Assembly: GCF_001194135.2 (NCBI RefSeq)
Contig: NC_068983.1
Location: forward strand, 162,539,215-162,583,964
Length of the DNA: 44,750 nt
Direction of reading: 5' to 3'
Origin: Octopus bimaculoides
Lineage: Eukaryota
Made by a program: the position numbers and the translations under genes. Position 1 is the first letter of the stretch. Every line of letters starts with the position of its first letter. Under the pieces are notes generated by a model. It was not told the origin of the DNA, did no database searches, and saw only the letters and a program-made list of their open reading frames with translations. Shown here in pieces: positions 1 through 11,468 of this stretch.

Positions 1-312
1 TTGATACCTCTGTAATTATTTGTATCTAAAGCGTCACCTTTACCTTTGTAGCAGTTGACCATGGTGCTGCTACACCAGTCATTGGGTATGACTCCTTCGT
101 GTATCACCTGGTTCGTAATACGGGTGACTAGGCTATAGCCGACACTGCCAGATGTTTTGAGCATCTCTGCAGTGATTCCTGATGGGCCGGGGGCTTTCCC
201 TGTCTTCATACTCTTAATTGCTTTATCTACCCTGGTACTGTCAACTCGGATAGCTGGTCCCTCTGTTGGGTCGACATACGGCAGACTCTCTTTCTCCCAT
301 TCATTCTCTTTA
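1..312 (-). mobile_element. RTE-clade LINE fragment (region just upstream of the RT core), 5'-truncated, runs off window start; lies in a PDCD2L intron
   Basis: Open minus-strand frame KAIKSMKTGKAPGPSGITAEMLK...IPNDWCSSTMVNCYKGKGDALDTNNYRGI; its end matches the start of the RTE ORF at ~42160-42197. Confidence 0.9.
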
Positions 313-597
313 TTAAGCAATCTATCGTAGTGGCATCTCGAACTTTGTGTTGAGACAAAAGAAAAATAAACTTTACAGGAAATAAAGGTACTGGTGGCAC
401 ATACAAAGCACAGGCAACAGTGTCCTGTAAAGAGCATCCAGTACACACTGTAAAGTGGTTGGCATTAGGAAGGTCAACCACTTCTGTGACTTACTGTAAT
501 AATTCTATTAAAATCAATTCAAACATTATTATCTCGCTCATAGAAGAACTGGCACCATTCCTTGATAATGGAAATTAAAAGAAGTCTGAGATATATT

Positions 598-791
598 GGT
601 TTCAATTTTGGCACAATTTCAGTAAGTGGGTAAGTGGAATTATATCGACCCCAGTGCACAGCTGGTACTTATTTCATTGGCCCTGAAAGGATGGAAAGTA
701 AAGTTGACTTTGGTGGAGTTTGAACTCAGAATGTAAAGACGGATGAAGTACCACTAGGCATTTTGACTGGCGTGCTAATGATCCTGCCAGC
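598..791 (-). mobile_element. tRNA-derived SINE, family B
   Basis: Reverse complement contains GAGTTCAAACTCC (B-box-like) and the family core ...CTTTCCATCCTTTCAGGG...ATAAGTACCAG; about 10 related copies in the window. Confidence 0.75.
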
Positions 792-1033
792 AGTCGAAAG
801 TATATTAACGAAGATAAAGATCAATAATTACTTCCTTCCATATACCAATGTACGATAAAACAGAATTTCTTGATCTGCCATGAGAAGAGAAGCCGTCCAT
901 CAATAATACAAATCTGTTCAAATATTGCTGAGGAAAAGAAAGAACTCAGCCTCCATAGAGCTTGCTTGACACTTCAGCCATGCCACTCACCACTAACTAG
1001 ACTACAAGAAAGTGAGAAAGTGTTTTATATATA

Positions 1034-1500
1034 TCATCATCATCGTTTAACGTCCGCTTTCCATGCTAGCATGGGTTGGACGATTTGACTGAGGACTGGC
1101 AAACCAGATGACTACGCCAGGCTCCAATCTGATTTGGCAGAATTTCTACAGCTGGATCTAACGCCAACCACTCCGAGATTGTAGTGGGTGCTTTTATGTG
1201 CCACTGGCACAAGGGCCAGTCAGGCAGTACTGGCAACGGCCACACTCAAATGGTGTTTTTTATGTGTCACCTGCACAGGAGCCAGTCCAGTGGCATTGAC
1301 AACGATCATGCTCAAATGGTGCTATTTACGTGCCAGTTACGGAAGCCAGACAGCTGCTCTGGCAATGATCACGCTCAGATGGTGCTGTTAGTGCTCCACT
1401 GGCACGGGTGCCAGTCATCGAATTTGGTTTGATTTCGATTTCACTTGCCTCAACAGGTCTTCGCCAGCAGAGTTTATTGTCCAATGAAGGAAAGGTACGC
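1034..1500 (-). mobile_element. 5'-truncated RTE LINE 3' UTR copy with internal ~65-bp tandem units
   Basis: Starts (CAT)n-CGTTTAACGTCCGCTTTCCATGC and is colinear with 40167-40750, which is contiguous with the RTE ORF. Confidence 0.8.
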
Positions 1501-1511
1501 ATATATATGTC

Positions 1512-1551
<40 letters not shown>

Positions 1552-1814
1552 GATATATAATGGAAGGACTTGAAAACCTTTGATCCATTAAATTTAACCA
1601 AGCAATTAATTAATTAATTAAACAGTTCCCTCTGTGGGTGGGAGAGAGAAAAACTTTTAAAACAGTAAGCAAGGGAGATAACTACAATAACATCTATTTC
1701 CATTAAGACAATTTTGAGACACTGAAGGGGAAGATTTGGTCTTTGAAGGCTACTAATCTATAGTTTATTATATTATTATTGATGTTGTTACATTATAATA
1801 TATTATCTGGATCG

Positions 1815-2033
1815 AAGGCAGCAAAGCTAGCAGAATCGCTAGCATGATGGCTTAGCAACATTTCGTCCATCTTTACGTTCTGAGCTCAAATTCCTCCAAT
1901 GTTGAATTTGCTTTTCATCCTTTTGGAGTTGATAAAATAAGAACCAGTTGAGCAGTGGGTGGTGGTGGGGGTGTCGATGTAATTGGCAAAGCCTCTCCTC
2001 GAAATTGCTGGCCTTGTGCTAAAATTTGAAATT
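1815..2033 (+). mobile_element. tRNA-derived SINE, family B
   Basis: AAGGCAGC...GAGCTCAAATTCC...TTTGCTTTTCATCCTTTTGGAGTTGATAAAATAAG...GGCCTTGTGCTAAAATTTGAAA. Confidence 0.75.
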
Positions 2034-2705
2034 AATATATTAGCTGGATTAAAGTCCTGCTTTATCAATAAAACATGTGAAATAAATAATTTCAGAAAGT
2101 GTAAGGGTTGTTCATTGGGCAGAGTGCTTATCTTGAGTTCCGAGACCAAAAGTGGATGAGAAATAAACCATTGCCCTTAGATAGGAGACGAGGGCGATAG
2201 GAACTCAGATTATAAGCATTTCGCCCGGTGTGCTAATGCTTCTGCCAGCTCTGTGCTTTAAGAACTGGAAATGATATCAAATCTGTCCCTCAAGAAAAAC
2301 AAATCTAAACTCAAAGATCATCATCATCATTCAACATCTGTTGACCATGCTGGTGTGGGTTGGATGGTAAGCTGAAAGGTTGCACCAGACTCCAGTCTGA
2401 TTGGCATGGTTCTCTACGGCTGAACATAAATTGTGACTAAGGTTTGGTGGAAGATTTTAATTCAGAACTTATGAAAACAAGACATTTGTACTACAGAGCC
2501 AACTACACTGTGAGTGTAATGGGTGCTTTTATGTGCCACTGGCACAGGTGCCATCTGCTATGACTACGATTTTACTTGGCTTGATGGCTCTTCCTTCTCA
2601 AGCACGATGTGTATAAAAGTAGTTTAAACACGTTAACTACCACCTCCTGTTACTAGGACTTATCAGTGACACCACATAATTTTGATCACGCTGCATACTG
2701 TTTAA

Positions 2706-2906
2706 CCCTTTCGTTACCATATTTCTTTCAATTAATTTTAAATATAACAAAGAATTTAGTGAAATAACTTAGTTATCATTAAGCTAGTGTTAGGAACATA
2801 AATTGTGACTAAGGTTTGGTGGAAGATTTTAATTCAAAACTTATGAAAACAAGACATTTGTATTACAGATCCAGAGGCGGTTTCAGGTGGGTTGGTAACA
2901 AAAGGG
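2706..2906. mobile_element. piggyBac-type MITE, full length
   Basis: TTAA on both sides (2702-2705, 2907-2910); 14-bp TIR CCCTTTCGTTACCA / TGGTAACAAAAGGG (13/14 match); partial copies at ~2423-2500, 17866-18048, 35635-35825 and 36182-36355. Confidence 0.85.
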
Positions 2907-3133
2907 TTAATTACAAGGAAATATAATTTTTTGGCATTTTTACAATATTTCATAATTAAATTTCAATATTTAGCATTCATGTTATTTAAATATATTTGAA
3001 ACCATAGAATAAACTATATTCTCAAAGTATGAAAATGTACCATTTGGTGGTGCATTTGGCAGTTGAGCAAAGTTTATAATGAATCACCAGTGGGACATGT
3101 GGTAATTAATTCGTTAATTAAATATTCACTTAC

Positions 3134-3409
3134 TTGCTCATTTCCTTACACGCTGTGTTTCCAGTCTCTGTATCCTGTTCACCAAGTTTACATTTGTTAT
3201 CCATCATATTGCTGATATCACTTTCAGCTAAACCGTTGCTCGACTGCTCACACCATTCATCAATCTCTATGTCATCGTCCCAAGTGTTATCGTCACAACC
3301 CCAGCAATCAACGAGTTTACTCTTTTTTTCAGTTTCTGAATTGTTGTTGAAGGCATTAGTAGCAGTAGCAGTAGTTGCTTCCGAATTCTGTTCACGGAAA
3401 ATTTTCCAG
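3134..3409 (-). CDS. PDCD2L: PDCD2L coding exon 3 (276 nt)
   Basis: TTTTTTAG acceptor, GTAAGT donor; (C)WKIFREQ...DCWGCDDNTWDDD matches the SWKVFRSQ...DW...DDW acidic region of PDCD2L; phase-compatible with exon 2. Confidence 0.85.
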
Positions 3410-4353
3410 CTAAAAAATTTAAAAAAAAACCCTCAATAACTTGTAATTAGAGAACTTCATTAATTGATTTCAAGGCTTGGGTGATGAAAATTGTGATGCT
3501 AATGTCTCTCCCAAGAGATTACAGGAATAACTAAATCATCATCATCATCATTGTTTAACATTCACTTTCCCATGCTGGCATGGGTTGGATGGTTTGACTG
3601 AGGACTGGCAAGCCAGGAGGCTGCACCAGGCTCCAATCTGATCTGGCAGAGTTTCTACAGCTGGATGCCCTTCCTAACGCCAACCACCATCTACCAAATC
3701 CACTCCCAAGGTTTTGTTCAGCTCAAGGTTATAGTAGGAAACACTTGCCCAAGGTATCCAGAGGGGAACTGAACCCAGAACCATGTGGTGGAGAAGCAAG
3801 CCTCTCACCATACAGCCATGCCTTAGTGTTCATAGTCTATTAATATAACAGCATTCATATAACTTTACTTATTTTCTCACAATAAAACCTATCCAGACCT
3901 ACCACCATCATCATCATCATTTAACGTCCACTTTCCATGCTGGCATGGGTTGGACGGTTTGACTGAGGATTGGCAAACCAGGAGGCTGCACTAGGCCCCA
4001 ATCTGATCTGGCAGTGTTTCTACAGCTGGATGCATAGTGGGTGCTTTTTATGTGCCACCAGCATGGGAACCCGTCAGGGGGCACACTGGCATCGACCATG
4101 CTCAAATGGTGCTTTTTATGTGTCACTGGCATGGGAGCCAGTCAGGTGGCACTGGCATCGACCATGGGAAAGTATTGTCTTGCTTGGAAACAGGCGAAGG
4201 TTGGCAACGGCAAGAATATGTGTCTGGCCATAAAAAATCTGGCTGACCCATGCAAACATGAAAAAGTGGACGTTAAATGATGATGATGAGGAGGAGTAGA
4301 TGGTCTTCAAATGAGTAAAAGAACCAAAAAAAAGTAGAATTTCAGTGACTTAC

Positions 4354-4514
4354 CATTCGCTCTTACCCCAACAACTTGTGTTGATGCAGGAGAATAGATG
4401 TAAAGTTCGGTGATAAGATGACTGCATGAGGGGACAATATAACTGGACAATCTGACACATCAACTGCTGACACTGACAACATTTTGGTATTGCAAGAGGC
4501 TCTGTAAACTGATC
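4354..4514 (-). CDS. PDCD2L: PDCD2L coding exon 2 (161 nt)
   Basis: TAG acceptor, GTAAGT donor; DQFTEPLAIPKCCQCQQLMCQIVQLYCPLMQSSYHRTLHLFSCINTSCW matches the CxxC...VQxYCPL...HRxLHxFxC block of PDCD2L. Confidence 0.92.
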
Positions 4515-4607
4515 CTAGAGACAAAAGTAAGAAATTGATGTCAGTGTTATCATTAGTAGTATTAATATTATGCAGGAAATGTGCTTAAAACAAAAACTGC
4601 TCTTGTA

Positions 4608-4883
4608 ATTTACATTTGATGGATATTTGCCCTCATCTTGTTTGTTAACACAACATTTTGGCTGATATACCCTCCAGCCTTCATCAGGTGTCTTGGGGGA
4701 AATTTCAAACCTGGGTTCTCCTTCTTAAGGTATTTTTCGATGTTATTATCATTATTCAGGTCACTGCCTGGAATTGAACTCGAAATCTTGGGGGTTAGTA
4801 GCCCACACTCTTAACCACTACACTATATGAGAACAAATATCCATCAAATGTACATAATTCCTCATCTCTTAAATATAGAACTG
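4608..4883 (-). mobile_element. tRNA-headed, hammerhead-containing SINE-like element, copy 1, with inverted tail fragment at its 5' end
   Basis: Minus strand: tRNA-like head (A box TAGTGGTTAAG, B box GAGTTCAATTCC), short AAT tract, body, hammerhead motif, tail; 4834-4883 is the tail in opposite orientation. Confidence 0.8.
4647..4692 (-). ncRNA. Minimal type I hammerhead ribozyme motif, mutated (G12>A, C15.2>U)
   Basis: GACAC CUGAUGA A GGCUG-loop-CAGCC AAAA UGUU GUGUU. Confidence 0.55.
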
Positions 4884-5029
4884 TGGGGTTAATTTGTTTG
4901 ACTAAAATTCTTCAAGGTGGAGCTCCAGCACAGCCAAAGCCACATGACCAAAACAAGTAAAAGAAGACCAGTTACAGAGAATCCGTCTGGGATCTTGAAA
5001 CCAGTTATTTTATGTAAATAGAGATTATC

Positions 5030-5830
5030 ACCATCATTGTTTAACATCTGCTTTCCGTGCTAGCATGGGTTGGACGGTTTGGCTAAGGACTGGTGAGCCA
5101 GTGGCTGCACCAGGCTCAATCTGATCTGGCAAGGTTTCTACAGCTGGATGCCCCTCCTAACGCCAACCACTCCATCTACCAAATCCACTCCCAAGGTTTT
5201 GTTCAGCTCAAGGTTATAGTAGGAAACACTTGCCCAAGGTATCCAGAGGGGAACTGAACCCAGAACCATGTGGTGGAGAAGCAAGCCTCTCACCATACAG
5301 CCATGCCTTAGTGTTCATAGTCTATTAATATAACAGCATTCATATAACTTTACTTATTTTCTCACAACCACTCCGAGTGTGCAGTGGGTGCTTTTATGTG
5401 ACACCAGCATGAGGGCCAGTCAGGAAGTTCTGGCAACGACCATGCTCAAAAGATATTTTTTACGTGCTACCTGCATGGGAGCCAGTCCGGTGGTACTGGC
5501 AATGACCACGCTTGAATGTTGCTTTTCATGTGCCAACAGTACGGGTGCCGGTAGGCTGACTCTGACAACAATCACACTTGAATGGTGCTTTTCACGTGCC
5601 ACCGGCACAGGAGCCAATCTGTGACCCTGGCAACGATCACACACAGATGTGCTTTTAACGTTCCACTGGCACGAATACCAATCAGGCGGTACTGTGATCG
5701 GCCACGTTGGTGATTTTGATTCGTTTTCACTTGCCTCAATAGGTCTTCGCAAGTTCATTGTCCAACGAACGAAGGGTACTCATAAGTGGGCCAGTTAAAC
5801 TCCACATTCGGATGTGCTTTTAACGTTCCA
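5030..5830 (-). mobile_element. RTE 3' UTR copy interrupted by a 196-bp insert
   Basis: Colinear with 40167-40750 except for 5172-5367, which is identical to 3687-3882. Confidence 0.75.
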
Positions 5831-6304
5831 CTGGCACACAGAAACTAAAAACTTACAGCAATGTTTACAAGACTAGAGAGTGGGATACTGGCACGGTACT
5901 AGACCAAATGTCTAATTATATTTCTATTCATCTGTTGCCTGAATCGATATTGCTGACCTCTGATAAACTACAAATACCAGTAATATACTGCGTCCATTTA
6001 ATGACTCCATTCCTGCTCTATAAAATGTGGTTGCACATCTCAGAAAGAAGCCCACATTTGCAACACTAAAATCTGAGAGTTGTTGAATGAATGCAAGCAA
6101 TGTGCCAGGCAGATGCAAAGTAAAATGTTGGGGTTCAAGTCTTTTGTGCGATATTCACAGTTAATGGAAAATTAGTAAAACAGTTGGGGGAGGGTAAACC
6201 TCTTCTAGCCTGGTGGGCTGCTGGAATTTTAATTTCTCTAAACAATTCAGTTATTAGTGCGTCAAATGTTTATTTATGAGTTTATGAATTTGTTTTGCAA
6301 GATT

Positions 6305-6627
6305 CTTGTTGTGGAATCGTGTGTTGAAACAGATATTGTTATATTTCGTGATGCTCATTTATTTTTCCTTGTCAAATAAACGCACACACCTATATATTCG
6401 TTCTTTACTCGCTTATTATTGTTCTTATTTTATCTTATGTCCATCGTATGGAAATCTTTCGTCTCGTACCTGTGGACTCTTCAGCAACTCTTTTCAGAAT
6501 GGACTAAACAGAACAGGAACAAACATGTGGATGGAAGAGTCGCTGAAGAGGTCACAGATGTGTGACGAAAGATTTCCAGACAAGCGACGTAAGATAAAAT
6601 AAGAACAATAATAAACGAATGAACAAC
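6305..6627. mobile_element. Foldback/MITE-like palindromic element, truncated by an assembly gap
   Basis: Arms ~6406-6492 and ~6535-6621 are reverse complements (e.g. TTATTATTGTTCTTATTTTATCTTA / TAAGATAAAATAAGAACAATAATAA). Confidence 0.6.
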
Positions 6628-7155
6628 NNNNNNNNNNNNNNNNNNNNNNNNNNNNNNNNNNNNNNNNNNNNNNNNNNNNNNNNNNNNNNNNNNNNNNNNN
6701 NNNNNNNNNNNNNNNNNNNNNNNNNNNNNNNNNNNNNNNNNNNNNNNNNNNNNNNNNNNNNNNNNNNNNNNNNNNNNNNNNNNNNNNNNNNNNNNNNNNN
6801 NNNNNNNNNNNNNNNNNNNNNNNNNNNNNNNNNNNNNNNNNNNNNNNNNNNNNNCAATATATTTTAGAATAATTTTGTGAGCAGCTTAAATGCATGTCGT
6901 TTTTGTTTTGTATGGGTGGGGGATAAGAAATTTGAAAAAGAAGTGTTTAAAATTGTTTTTTTTTTTTAATTTTTAAAATTTTAATGGTGTTTCAGAATGT
7001 GACAGAAGAAAAGAAAAGAAAAGAAAAAAGAAATTCTATGTAATTCGTGACCGCTATTACGAAAGTCCGCCGGTAGATTTTCCTCAAAACCTATCGAGTG
7101 TCGCTGTTTTTACGATAAAATAAACACCACGTCTCTGTGCTACATCTATAATTAC

Positions 7156-7242
7156 GGTTAATGCAATTTCACATCTCTCCTTCAAAATATTAAAAATAAA
7201 AAAAATGCATTTTTCAAGGAGAGATGCGAAACTGCATTAGCC
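7156..7242. repeat. ~32-bp imperfect inverted repeat with A-rich spacer, PDCD2L intron 1
   Basis: GGTTAATGCAATTTCACATCTCTCCTTCAAAA vs reverse complement of 7211-7242, GGCTAATGCAGTTTCGCATCTCTCCTTGAAAA. Confidence 0.75.
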
Positions 7243-7666
7243 TCCTATAATTTTATAATGAATTTTATAACATATCAATATCCTTCAATATAGATAGAAA
7301 AACAAAAATAACTGCTGCTAGAATTTAGAATGTTTCTACTAAGTTCCTTTAAATTATTGAGACTTATTGCCACACATGTTTATATTATACAGAATCTCAT
7401 CAAAATAATAATTTCTAAAAGAGTACTTCCTATTTATAAATTCTTGGAAGGTTTGATGTGTCATTCCAAATTGTCAACAACGTTATTCAGCTGTTTTGGA
7501 GTTTCACATTTCGTCTGCGAAATGTTTTCGACTATTGGAACTAATACATTATGAGCTGAAGAACATAAACAAAAATTCTATTTTAGGAACCATTTATCCG
7601 TTGGACAAGACTTTCATCACGAAATACGATAAGAATTTATACCCAAAAAATCGTTCTAGTACTCAC

Positions 7667-7753
7667 AGGGTATCCACCGATTTTATTGATGAAAGAAGAT
7701 GTCACAACTGTCTTTGGTATAGCAACATCTTTGACACCTAAGAGGACCGGCAT
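7667..7753 (-). CDS. PDCD2L: PDCD2L coding exon 1 (87 nt, ATG at 7753)
   Basis: MPVLLGVKDVAIPKTVVTSSFINKIGGYP then GTGAGT donor; matches the family N-terminus PVLLG.D...K.GG.P; phase 0 joins exon 2; no upstream in-frame ATG before an in-frame stop. Confidence 0.9.
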
Positions 7754-9198
7754 GTTTGTCTTGAAGACGGGAACCTGTTTAAAGGATGGTGGAGTATAAG
7801 AGGCACAATGGTTATAGTTGGTGATAGATTCGGTTACAGAAATGTCGAAGATGTCATTGGGGGTTTAAAGAATTAAATTAAGGAAAGAGAAACTAATCAC
7901 TTTAGAAACTAATTACCACGTGTTGGGAGTGTTTATAGTTGTCTTCCTCTAACACAGGAGAGTTCCCAGTCAGTGCGCACGAGAGTAATTAAGAGCGGAG
8001 AAACGAAGAGAATTTATTATGACGAAGTATGCGAGAAAATGAAAAGAGAGAAAGAAAAAAATGATGAAAAAGAAAGGAGTAAATAATTAAAGAAAAGAGA
8101 CATCTACACTCTAAAAAAGTGTGCGGTGGGGTTGTTTGGGTTTGAAACACCAGAGCATATTTTTTTTTAGATTCTACTCACGCACCGTTTCAAGCTAATT
8201 ACGAACATCAATTATTTTTCGAGAAATTAAGGCCATCCTTCGATATTGATACACGACTTCATAGCAAGACTTCCGCCCGTCCCCGTCCCACAAACCACCT
8301 TTTAAAAAAATTTGACACAACCCCCGCCCCCCCTTTTCGGCTACGGGGAATACGAATCTGCAAAAAAATTGGCAAAAATCGGCATTTTTAAATTACCACC
8401 CACACCTCACCCCCATTTTTTCACTTTTTTCAGAATTTTTTTTTTCAAAATATGCAGAAAAATACGGAGATTATGATTCTGAAAAAAATTTCCAAAAATT
8501 TTTGTAAAATTTTTTTTTCAGAATTTTTTTTTTNNNNNNNNNNNNNNNNNNNNNNNNNNNNNNNNNNNNNNNNNNNNNNNNNNNNNNNNNNNNNNNNNNN
8601 NNNNNNNNNNNNNNNNNNNNNNNNNNNNNNNNNNNNNNNNNNNNNNNNNNNNNNNNNNNNNNNNNNNNNNNNNNNNNNNNNNNNNNNNNNNNNNNNNNNN
8701 NNNNNNNNNNNNNNNNNNNNNNNNNNNNNNNNNNNNNNNNNNNNNNNNNNNNNNNNNNNNNNNNNNNNNNNNNNNNNNNNNNNNNNNNNNNNNNNNNNNN
8801 NNNNNNNNNNNNNNNNNNNNNNNNNNNNNNNNNNNNNNNNNNNNNNNNNNNNNNNNNNNGTGGGGGGGGGGCGGAAGTTTTTCCGACTTCATTCACTTAT
8901 ACAATCATGATAAAGATAAAGAGGCTAAGCCGAAAAAGATGAATGATGTCGTCTCCTCACACTTTGTAGACCAACACTGAAGAAATGGTTTGATTATTAA
9001 TAAAAATTCCATACCTATTTGGGTGGCAGAAATTCACTCCAATTCGTCCTGAAGTCTTTCTCTTGAAACAAAAAATGGTTGTAGTTTTCATAAGTGACAT
9101 GAAACATTACAGTTTTGGAGAGAGGTTAACTAAAATCAAAAAGAACCACCCCATGAGTAAAAATGGTATCTCCTCTCCTAGAACTTGTCAAGATATTC

Positions 9199-9432
9199 CA
9201 GTGGTTCTCATCCACTTTTTAACCCAAAGTGGACTCTCAGAATCATTTGCTGTTTTAAAAATCCTATTATTTTTTAGAATTAAATATTATTAGGAATTGC
9301 ATGAAAAAAGAAAATTAAGATATTTGGTGTATTGAGGAAGTATAAGCAGTTTATTGCAGATAAATATTAACAACAAAAAAAAAAAATCTATGGACCCTCG
9401 AGGATCAGATGGACCCTGGATGAGAACCACCA
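9199..9432. mobile_element. hAT-type MITE
   Basis: Perfect 14-bp TIR GTGGTTCTCATCCA (9201-9214) / TGGATGAGAACCAC (9417-9430); left end CAGTGGTTCTCA is typical of Charlie-like hATs; 8-bp flanks AGATATTC / AGACACTC (6/8 match). Confidence 0.75.
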
Positions 9433-10450
9433 AGACACTCCAGGACACTCACGGCATAAGGCACTTGAAATAGCTCAGTCAGGACACGGACACACACACA
9501 CGTCTCAGTCTGTTTGGACACACGTTGGTGACCAGTGTGTTCTTCATCAGGCGTTCAGCAGAGTGGCTCCTTTGGTATTGCACTCTTTCCACAGAGAATC
9601 AATACTACTGCTAAACTGAGGTCTGATGTGGATTTAAATGGTAAGTACCTTGATGATGTTTGTGACCCCATCTTATATAGGTTCCTAGTACAAAGTTGAT
9701 AAATAAAGTATTTAGTCATAGGGTCTTAATGGTTCCAAATGTGAACCATTCCTCATTACAACATGAAACTAAAGTGGATTTATTCACCAAATTCTTCTCC
9801 TCTGTGATGGTCCTTCCCCCACTGGTGTGGAGCACTAATTTCTGGTCTTGCTTTCAAACTCACCTTCCTTTTTAGATTACCAAAGCTTAAACAATAAAAA
9901 AAATTGATGTAATTGAGCTCCAGTATCTTTTTTTTTTCTTCATTATTCGTAATTATTTGTCGTTAGATTACACTCCAGTTCCTCGTTTAGATTCTCGTCA
10001 TCTCCGCAAAGTTTTCAGGATTTTATTTATGTGAAACTTGAAAGTTTAGGTCAATGTTAGGCTCGCTTTGGAATCTTTTGTCCAGATTCCATTGACCAAA
10101 CGATTCCTGGTTTTGGTCTACGTAAAACAATCCTCTCTCTCTCTCTCTCTCTTTCTCTCCATTGCGTCCTTTTTTCCGCTTATGTTTACTCTTCTTGGTG
10201 GTGGTGCTGGTTGTGGTATTCTCTCGTTTGTAACAAGAACCAGTCCTATCTAGGAAGTGGATGAAAATCTACATTTAGAGCAAACTTGCATTGTTATTGT
10301 GTCTGGGGAGAGTCATAGTGCCTTAATATAACACACTCACTGGTCCAATTTCCACTCCTTTATTATCATCTAATCCTAATCCGAGTAAAAACCTTCTCAA
10401 TTCTAGATCCAGTAGGATTGTCCAAAGATGATGGTAAGATGCAAACATAG
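9433..10450 (-). mobile_element. Probable decayed, internally deleted Penelope-like retroelement
   Basis: Frameshifted remnants: LLGLGL (~10371-10388), KILKTLRR..DEN...KRGTGV (10024-9966, like the ..DKGxGVVI motif), YIR...QGTYHL (~9680-9630, like the GIY-YIG C-terminus), then CUGAUGAAG with a stem II-like hairpin at 9550-9518. Confidence 0.45.
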
Positions 10451-11221
10451 CTTACTCTTTGACCTTTGGGTTAGAGGTTAATAATGTCTTAGGATGTCGG
10501 TGCTTGTGACTCTTTCAATCTGTCATACATCCTTGATACTCAGGTGGATTTGAGATTTACTGCATCTGTAGCTGAATGAGACAAAACACTGAATACCTGT
10601 GACATTTGACATGTTCAGAGGAGCAGGGGTCACTGACATGGAAGCTATTGCTGCTGGCGTTTTGTTTCATCGAAATATCTAAAGATGCTCCAGAAGGGAT
10701 CTGTCAGACTCAGTGCTTCACCTTCACAATAATCCATGGTAATGCTGAGAAGGTTTCAAGTTACTTCAAACTTTTTCAGAGGAGAACACTAACAGAACTG
10801 AGTGTGTGTGTGCATCAATTTACATTATTTATTTAATTCTTTTTATTATTGTATTATTATTGTTATCTCCAGTGTATTCACAACTGTAATCATTGGTTCC
10901 CAACTCGCCCTTTTCTTCTGATGATGGGATGGGTTACAGATCACATTCTGTGCTATAGGAAAAATGCACAGATCTGCCTCTAATTTGCAACTTTCCCAGA
11001 AACAGCTGTAAAGTATCTGCACTTTCCCTATCCTTCACTTTTGAGTTTCTCTCTAGTGATCCCATGGATCACTAGGTTAACCTGGTCTAGGTTAAACCAA
11101 TTTAGACCTACCTCTTCATCACGGAGTATACCTGTCTACGCCGAGCCACTATGAACTTTCACCTTCCAATCTTTCCTGGTTTCCTGCTATATTCACACAC
11201 ACATTCATAATATGTAATGAT

Positions 11222-11391
11222 AGGTGCAAACATGGATGTGTGGGAAAAACTTGGCTTCGGGTTCAGTGTCACTGCACGGCACCTTGAGCAAGTGTCTTCT
11301 ATTATAGCACCAGGCCGACCAAACCCTTGTGAGTGGATTTGGTAGACAGAACCTGAACGAATCCCATCATACACACATACACGCACACATG

Positions 11392-11468
<77 letters not shown>

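Noticed and set aside
495-560. Phase-compatible 66-nt candidate for PDCD2L exon 4 (AAG acceptor, GTAAGT donor; NGASSSMSEIIMFELILIELL)
   Set aside because: No convincing similarity to PDCD2L; needs transcript evidence. The remaining exons probably lie left of the window.
1198-1420. Regularly spaced ~65-bp units suggesting a CRISPR-like array
   Set aside because: Whole units are diverged tandem repeats without unique spacers; eukaryotic context; no cas genes.
1184-5758. Recurrent short ORFs with MVLFMCHWH / LSEWLALGRASSCRN peptides here and throughout the window
   Set aside because: They are translations of the RTE 3' UTR repeat and its minisatellite, not a gene family.
6494-6895. ORF-track entries spanning N runs (also near 8452-8910, 35805-36264, 37547-37903, 39786-40265)
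   Set aside because: Artefacts of translating assembly gaps.
7457-7876. Plus-strand ~140-codon frame with one internal stop and a CxxC motif (includes ORF 7496-7741)
   Set aside because: It is the antisense shadow of PDCD2L exon 1 and its 5' UTR; the minus strand has the homology and the splice donor.
8200-8900. Possible DNA-transposon arms around the 8534-8859 gap
   Set aside because: Low-complexity A/T runs and only ~10 bp of inverted match; cannot be classified without the gap sequence.
9468-9550. C/D-box snoRNA-like TGATGA...CTGA on the minus strand
   Set aside because: No terminal stem, no recognisable rRNA antisense element, and not intronic; the TGATGA fits a hammerhead-like core better.
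9014-10430. Several exon-like segments with good splice signals (9014-9060, 9595-9640, 9855-9876, 10190-10252, ending 10341)
   Set aside because: They do not join in frame, and the region is better explained as a transposon relic in intergenic DNA.
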